A DNA stretch of 64,000 nt from the human T2T-CHM13v2.0 reference genome, Homo sapiens. Shown in pieces: positions 47,207 to 64,000 of the stretch. The notes beneath the pieces are model-generated. The model did no database searches. It saw only the letters and a list, made by a program, of their open reading frames with translations, and had not been told where the DNA came from. The stretch lies in the NCBI RefSeq assembly GCF_009914755.1, contig NC_060930.1. One strand, written 5' to 3'. Both the position numbers and the translations under genes were made by a program. The number at the start of each line of letters is the position of its first letter. Positions within the stretch are counted from its first letter, which is position 1.

Positions 47207-48169
47207 TGCGCCCCTCCTCTGCGGGTTCGTTGGTCCAAACCGCCGGCAGCTGTCAAGACTGAAGGGGCCTCAGCAGGCACATGGAGCCCACCTCCTTCCT
47301 CCCACAGGGGGTCAGGGCTGCTTGGGTCTTGTGGGGAATCAGCCTGGTCTTCCGACCCAGGAGCCAAAACCCTAGTCCAACCCATGTGAGTGGGGCCATC
47401 TGTGTGCCCAGCACGGAGCTGGACCCTGACCCCGCAGGAGGGACTGGCGTCCAGGCAGCTGCACAGCTGTGGAGTGGGGAAGTAAAGGCATGGGCTCGCA
47501 CTCCCAGCCCTGTCTCTGCTGGCTGTGTGACCTTGGGCAAGTTCCTTAACCTCTCTGAGCTTGTTTCCGTGTCTGTTAAGCAGGAATCATGGCAATCTGT
47601 AAAATGAATTAGTCAGTGTAAAACATGGGCCACAGTGGGGCCCTACCATAAGGCAGCAGTTCTCACACTTAGGTCTGGAGGGCTTTTGAAAACACAGAGG
47701 CCCCGCCTCCAGAGTGGCAGATTCACTAGGTCTGGGGAGAGGCCTGTGACTCTGCATTTCTAAAGAGTTCCCAGGTTGTGCTGATGCTTCGGGCCTGGGG
47801 ACTACACCGTGAGGACCAGTGTATACGGGATGCTTGGTGTCAGTCAGGAGAGACCCACAGGGTTACACACAAGGCAGGAAGCATCAGCCTCCAGCGAAGA
47901 CATAGAGGGGCAAATTCCAAGGGCTGCAGGGGGCCCAAGGGAGGACACACCCCTATGATGGGGGTGGCCGGAGGGGCAGAAGGAGGAGCCTCTGGACCTG
48001 TCTCTCCCCACCACAATTATCAACATAATCCCTGTCCTGACTGCACCTGCCGGCCCTGCCCGGAGGAAGTGGACCCTGGAGCCCTGGAAAGGATGGGTTA
48101 GTTGGCTGTCAGTTCCTGGCTTGGCCAACACTGTGCTCCAGCTTCTGGGAACTCACGTTTTCTTTCTCC

Positions 48170-48477
<308 letters not shown>

Positions 48478-48709
48478 TAAATATTAGTTTTAAGTCAGAA
48501 AGGTAATGCATGTCCATCTTAGAAATTAGTACAATGCAGAAAACTGTAAAGAGGAAAATGAAAATAGTAATCCAAACTTCAGTCAATCAGAGCTAATCAG
48601 TATGAGTCTATTTCTTTTTCTTGTCTATGTGTCTGCTTCGTGCATACCGTGGTATCCACTTGACATCGTAGCATAAGCGTTGTCCTTTGATGTTAAAACT
48701 CTCAGAAAC

Positions 48710-49005
<296 letters not shown>

Positions 49006-49279
49006 TCAGAAACGTGAATTTAAGGTCAGCACAACAATCCAGTACAACAAGGTGCCAGACTATATCTGCTTGACTTAAACACTCCCTACTGTTGGACATG
49101 CAGGCTGTGTATTTATTTATTTGGCGATTCTAAATAATCCCCTGTGAAGGGTTTGATCCATCAGTGCTGCCTGCATTTCAGATGGCTTCCCCAGCAGAAC
49201 TTCCTTGAAAGGGATTCACTGGGTCAAAGGGCATGAAAGTTTAAAAGTCTTGATACATATGGACAAAATACTTTCCAAA

Positions 49280-50640
49280 AATATGCCGGCTGACGGTCCC
49301 ACCTAGGGTGGGAGGGAGATGACAGCCTGCTCAGCTCAACTCACATAAAACCCTGCTTAGCCCAATTCCTGACATCTGAGATTAAACGAGGTGGCCCAAG
49401 CCCCCCAGCAGGGAAGAAGGGCCCAACTCTGTCCAAACTCCACATTGGTCAACCTGCGGAGTGCCATGTCCCACGTCACACTCCAGGTAGAAGATGTGGC
49501 ACCTCAGGCCAAGCACGACCTGGGCAGAGCTGCCCTCCCGCTCTTGGAGCCAGGATTGTTCTTCAGCCCTCACTTTCTTTCATACCTCATGTCCAGGATG
49601 TCTGCAAGTACATTTGGGGCTACCTTCAAAACATCCCCAGCTGGGCATGGTGGTGCACACCTGTAGTCCCAGCTACTCAGGAGGCTGAGGAGGGAGGATC
49701 GCTTGAACCCAGGAGTTCAAGGCTGCAGTGAGCTATGATCATGCACTGCCCTCCAACCTGGGCAACGGAGTGAGACTTCACCTGTAAAAAATGAATTAAT
49801 TTAAAAAACTCCACATCCTGAATGTGACCACAGCTCCTCTCTCCACCACTACCCTGGCCCACCTCTCACCTGGTTATCTCAGTAGCCCCCTCTTTGACTC
49901 TCTGCCTCCCCGGGCGTGAGCCACCGCGCCCGGCCGTTTCTGAGAGTTTTAACATCAAAGGACAACGCTTATGCTACGATGTCAAGTGGATACCACGGTA
50001 TGCACGAAGCAGACACATAGACAAGAAAAAGACCCCCTTAGAGTCTGTTCTCCATAGCAGCCAGAGAGATCCTTTCAAAACCTAGGTTACATCAGCTCAG
50101 CCCTGAGCTCACAACCCTCCAGTGGCTCGTTCACGTGGGGTAAAAGCAAAGCCCTCACTATGACCCGCAAAGCCTTTAGGACCTGTGCCTCCCGCACTCC
50201 CATCACCTCCCTCACCTAACATCCTGCCACTCCCCTGCACCCTCTCAGCTCCCTGATGCTCCTCAGAACACCTCCAAGTGCATTCCTGCCTCAGGGCCTT
50301 TGCACTTGCCGTTACTCCTGCCTGGCATATTTCCTCAGGTACCCACAGGGCTCCTCTCCTCAACTGTCATCTCAAAACAATCATAAGCAAACAGGATCTG
50401 CTTTGGGAAGGCCCTCCCTGATCAGCCCATCTGAAGAAGCGCCCTGGCCCCTCTCTCTTCCCTCACCCTGCGTCGTGCTCCCTTACTCTGCGATTATTCT
50501 CTGCCCTCTCTAGTAGTAGAAAGCCTCCACAGGACTGCACTCTGTCTGTCTCGTTCACTGCTGCAACCCTGGCACCTGTGTGCCGCCTGGCTCCCAGTTG
50601 GTGTTCCACTGTACATCTGCTGAATGTTGACTTGAATGGG
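49280..50640 (+). mobile_element. L2 3' region, interrupted by an Alu right arm (~49618-49790) and the 120-bp insertion
   Basis: CAGCCAGAGAGATCCTTTCAAAA, CCTCAGGGCCTTTGCACTTGC, 3' end TGCTGAATGTTGACTTGAATG. Confidence 0.7.
49913..50032 (-). repeat. 120-bp inverted copy of 48613-48732 inserted in an L2 relic
   Basis: base-by-base reverse-complement match, 119/120. Confidence 0.95.
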
Positions 50641-51119
50641 AGATTGCACTGTCTGGGTATGTGCGTGTGGCTTCCCCTGCCTGGGTGATACCTTACTGTC
50701 TCTAAGGTCCCCAGCTCGCAGATACTGCCTGGCATTTAGTAAGTAGCCAGGTTGGATTCGCTGTACAAATGGACACATGAAGACAGGAAGGAACTCACAG
50801 CAGGGCAGGAGAGACCACTGCATGGGGGTCAGGAAACTGGAATTCCAGATAAACCCCTGCCACTCACCATCATTAGGCCTTGGGCAAGTCACTTCACCTC
50901 TTTGAACCTTAGTTTTTCACCCATAACATGGGCATGGTGACCCCTGTGCTGTTGGCCTCACAGGGCTGTTGTGAGGATTACATGACAAAGACAAAGCAAG
51001 GCACAGGGACAGCCCTGCTCAAGCTGCAGCTCTCCCATGAGGCTCCACCTGACACCTCACCTTGCCAGGCCAACCAATCCTTTCTCTGAGCCCCCGAGGA
51101 GCCCCTCCAGCGCCTCATA

Positions 51120-51122
<3 letters not shown>

Positions 51123-51179
<57 letters not shown>
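51123..51179. repeat. Perfect (TG)28 microsatellite
   Basis: read directly. Confidence 0.97.
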
Positions 51180-51180
<1 letters not shown>

Positions 51181-52459
51181 AGGGCCCTGCTGGTGCTTTT
51201 ATGGAAGCTATATTTTTATGACTACCCTCCCCAAACTGTGCACCCCTTGAGATGGGGCCCTGCCCCACCATCTTTGCGTCCGTTGGTCTTACCCTGTGCC
51301 TGGCAGCTAGGAGTGCTCCTGGGACATCTGATGACTGGCCAAGTACATTTGTTGAAAGCTATGGATGTATGAGTATGATGTGAGTAACTACAGGTGGCGA
51401 CTTTAGGCCTGCATAGATGGCTGGGGTGAGGCAATTCAGCAAGGGGCTATTTGGGTTCTGGGGCAGGAGGGCCAGGTGGGGCCTCAAGTGCCCCCCGGCC
51501 CCCCCGCCGAGAGGAAGGGAGGGGGGTGGTGCTGGACTGGCCAAGTTCACTGTAGGCCAAGGGCTGGACAGCTTCCTCCCCAGACATGGGCCACATCGGC
51601 CACATCTTCTGAGCTGCGGGGTGGAGGCCTGGCTGCCCACCTGCATTCCTTACTCTGCGTACCCATGATCTCATCCCGGCCCTCAGCCACCCACAGGGCA
51701 GGAGGCTTTGCCCCATTGTGCAGATGAGACAGCCATGCCCTGCCCTGGGATGGTCATTTGGCCTGGGCTCAGGGCACTCTAGTGGGCCCCAGGCTCCGGC
51801 GGGGTGAGTGGAATGTGGTCACGGAGGCCACCCCACGCTGTCTTGTTGGGTTTAATGAGCCCCATTGGTCTGTCCATACCCTGAATAAGCTCTGGTCTAC
51901 CGACCCTCCTATGGGCTGCTGGGGCGGGGGAGGTCCCAGGGTTTTCCAGATTCAGCTGTCCTCCCTCTGCAGTCTCAGGGACCCAGACAGGGCTGGCTGA
52001 CAAACAGGTCCTGCCCGGGATGGGCGTGGGGCTGAGCGAGCGAAACTCCTTTTAGGAAGGAAATCTCGGCCAGGTTGAGAAACCAGCATCTTGCCAAGGC
52101 CTAGGGGGTGGGGGAGCCCAGGTGAGCCGACTCAGTCCTCAGGAATGGGTGGGGTCTCCAGGAGAGGCGGGCACTTCCTCCGCCCCAGCCCAGGGTCCTG
52201 TTCAATCCTTATTGAGGAGTTTCCTGGCGACAAGCAGTGACCTGTCGGCTGCCTGTGTGGGAAGCCGCTTGGCGTGGCCCTCCCCATCTCATTAGTGGTG
52301 ATTCACCTGGACTCACCTGGCTGTCAGGGACCTGTCCCACTGCCCGCTGGAACCAGCTCAGCAGGCACCCTCTGAGGGGCAGAGACCTCGTTCCCTCAGC
52401 TCCCCGTCCTCCATGGTGTCCAGGGCAGAGTGTACCAGGCACACAGTCAGAGCTCACAA

Positions 52460-53000
52460 TTCATTCATTTGACTAACAAATATTTACTGAGCACCTACTG
52501 TATGCCAGACACTGGGCGAGGTGCTGGGGCTACAGAGTGAACCAGGCAGACCCAAATCCCTGCCCTCTTGGAACTCACATTCTTGTGGGAAAAGTCAGAC
52601 AGTAAACAAATAAATAAGTGAATCACATAAGCTGCAGAAGATGGTGAGTGCTGTGGAGAAAAATAAAGGCAGGAAGAGTGTGAGATGGGGGCCATGCCTT
52701 TAAATAGGGTGTTCAGGGTGGGCCTTTCTGAGAATGTGGTATTTGAGCAAAATCTGATGAAGGTGGAGGTAAAGAAGGGAGCTGTGCAAATAAGGGAGAA
52801 ATAAACTATACCAGGAAACAGCGAGTGCAAAGGCCCTGGGGTGGGAGTGGGAGTCAGGGTGGTTTCAGGAATAGCCAGGAGACACGTAGCTGAAGCAAGC
52901 TGGCAACAGGGCAGATAGCGGAAGACGGGGTCAGAGAGGTGGAGGTGGTGCAGACTTGTGGGGTCTTATAGGCCTTTGTAGGAACTTTGGCTTTTTCTCA
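52460..53000 (-). mobile_element. L2 3' end
   Basis: TTCATTCATTTGACTAACAAATATTTACTGAGCACCTACTGTATGCCAG...GCAAAGGCCCTGGGG. Confidence 0.75.
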
Positions 53001-54212
53001 GTTGATTTCTGTCAAAATGCTCCCAAATCCCCCAGTTGAACCTGAGACCAGCGCCTCAGTCTTCTTCCGCCCGGCTTGGAGCTTGCAGAGATAACTCAAG
53101 GGTCAGGGGTGTTTTCACTGGGAGGCTACCTTCTAGCAGGGTCTGGGTGGATAAGTTTGCTGGGCAGGGGTGAGGTGCCCGTGGAGCACATGTGAAGAGG
53201 AGGAAGACTGTTCAGGACACAAGTACTTGCTGCAGGGGGATTTGGTGGGAAGAGGAGCAGAAAGGAGCTAAGCTGAAAGAGAAAGGTGAGGCCCGTTCTG
53301 TAGGAGCCAGCCTCACGCAACTGTCCTTCCAGCCTCAGCTGGGATTGTGCCCCAGCTGACAGTCCATGCTCCAACATCTCTCTTTAGTCTGGGTCTTTGC
53401 ACTGCTCTTCCTTCTGCCTGGAAATCCTCACTGTCCTTTGCCTGGTAAATTCCCATGCATCCTGGCGGTCTTGGCTTAGATATTACGAAGTGGTCCCTTA
53501 GGTCCCAGAGCAAGGGCTCCTCCCATGGGCCCAGCACGCCCCCCACTGAAGCATGTTTCACATCGTATCATAACTGCCCACCGTGGGGTCTTGCTTCTCT
53601 GTGAGACCATGGCCTCCACAAGGGCTTGGACCATGTTGGGGTTTGCCTAGAACAGAGGCTGCCACAGGTGCGAGCAAACACGCACTAGGATTTGGATCCC
53701 TCAGATGCTTCCAAGCAGAGTAACAAGATCAGACTCACATTTTAGAAAGATGACTCTGACTCCAGTGTCTATGTTGGGGAGTGGGCGGGGCTGGAGATGG
53801 GCAACAGCTTAGAGGCTATTGCAATAGTCCAAGCAGATGCAAGGAAGGATAGAACCAGCGAGTCAGCTGCTGGGAGCAAGAAGAGGAGCACGATCTGGGA
53901 GAGTTTTTGGAAGAGACATCAACAGGACCTGGTGACCACTGGCCCTGGGGATAGTGAGAAGGGAGTGGAGGGTGGGTCCAGCTTTCCCTCTGTTATTTTG
54001 TGTCCTTCCTCCTGTCTTGCCGGTGAACAGATCCGACTTCCTAAGGCACAATATAGTGCAGCGGTTATGAGCACAGGCTTTGGAGCCCAACTCTGGGTTC
54101 GGCTCTCCTCTCCACTACATACTTGCTGGGTAAGATTGGGACAGATTTACTCAACCTCTCTGTCCCTCAGTTTACCCGTCTGTAAGGCAAGGATGGTAAC
54201 TGAGATTTAATT

Positions 54213-54390
54213 ACTGCATTTCATGGATTCTAAGATGATTAAAATTGATCTCCATTTTAACATTTCTGAAATCAGGGTGAGTCTGAAAATCAATGGCATA
54301 TCAAGGATTAATTGGCAGCATCGTTTAGTGGTACACAAATAACGTGATGTCTAATGATTGATGGAACTGTAGATTTGATGAAACACAAAA
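54213..54390. mobile_element. MER104-like Tc2 MITE
   Basis: ends CTGCATTTCATGGATTCTAAGATG / GTAGATTTGATGAAACAC. Confidence 0.5.
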
Positions 54391-54541
54391 ATACACGGAG
54401 AGACCAGTACCTGGCATGTCGTAAGGGGTGAATAAACATTAGCTGTTATTATTATTGTCATAATTTGTTTTCTGGAGAATTGTTTGCATACAAGGTAACA
54501 AATGCCCAATCAGATTAAGAGACAAATATAATTAGGAGCTA

Positions 54542-54760
<219 letters not shown>

Positions 54761-55564
54761 AGAGAGAGAAAAGAAGCTAATTCATAAATAGATACAAAGC
54801 CTTAAAACTTTTAGTAATCTCCCCCCCAAAAATTCCCAAAGCCGAATGCTTCCCCTGAAAGGTCCTACAGAATTCTGCCAAAGTTCCAGAGAAAACTTTA
54901 GAAATTCCTCCTTTACAAAGGGGACCAGAACTTCTGGCTCCCTGACCGGCAGGGGGAACCAGGGCATGTCCCTGGATGACTTTGGGGGTGTTCCCTGTGT
55001 CCTTGTGAATTTCCCTGAGTCACCATTACTCACTGCCCACAATCAGGGCTCTGCTACCTTCCAACCAGGAGAGCAACAACACCCGGGGATCAAGGGCCAT
55101 CCTCAAACAAAAGTGTGATTATAACGCGTTCTGCACGGGCTATAAACCGTCCCCAGCTCCGGAGAGCAGGGTGACCCTCACCAGCGTCTTATTTCTGGCC
55201 TCCTGGGTTGTGTTCCTGCCTACTGACTTGGCAAATCCTAGGCGACTCGCCTTGTTTTCTCTCCTCACTTAAATACATGTCTGGAAAAAGCCTCCACCCC
55301 CACAGACCCTGCTGTGTGCGGAGAGGGTGGCATGCCTGGAGGAGGAGGAGAGACAGGGCGGGCTGACTCGCAGAGCCTCCTGCTCCCTGTGGAGAAGACT
55401 TGGCCCAGGAAGGCGCCCCCAGGCCCAGCTACTGGGGGAAGCAACACTTCCCGGCTCCTGTGCTCCTTCAGGCTCAGCCAGGACCCTCAGCACAGCTCTT
55501 ATTCTCTCCTGCTGTTGTCTGCATTGCCAGGGGACTGTCTTGGCTACCCCCACCCTGTCAGGCT

Positions 55565-59969
<4,405 letters not shown>

Positions 59970-60059
59970 TTACACATATTAATGATGCGGAAATGACGCT
60001 TTCCTTTATTATTGTACCATGTCATTAAATGTTCTTTGCTCATATAGCTTTAATGTATA

Positions 60060-63976
<3,917 letters not shown>

Positions 63977-64000
63977 TACATGCACAGTCATAGAAATATA

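Overview
Primate (human-like) genomic DNA, very rich in Alu elements. The left 24.6 kb holds the complete 16-exon FGD2 gene on the + strand (Cdc42 GEF with DH-PH-FYVE-PH domains). Joining the exons by hand gives a 1968-nt CDS (655 aa + stop) with consistent phases, and needs one non-canonical GC donor at intron 3. The promoter is TATA-less, with a PU.1/IRF-Ets composite site, an Inr and an in-frame uORF. The other ~40 kb is intergenic. It contains an ORF-intact processed copy of COX6A1 (COX6A1P2-like, with poly(A) remnant and 15-bp TSD), many Alu/L1/L2/MIR/MaLR-LTR/DNA-transposon relics, a full-length HSMAR2 mariner split by ~9 Alu pieces, and several STAT/IRF/PU.1/octamer/CTCF motif clusters. 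The most unexplained structures are a 120-bp near-perfect inverted templated insertion (48613-48732 copied to 49913-50032), an L1-derived in-frame candidate exon in FGD2 intron 9, an Ig-like octamer+TATA+STAT module at ~34.3-34.5 kb, and a dense STAT5/ISRE/PU.1/RUNX module at ~45.7-46.0 kb. I see no tRNA, rRNA or CRISPR and no demonstrably new multi-gene system. Repeat family names and boundaries are from visual recognition and are approximate; exon boundaries were counted base by base.
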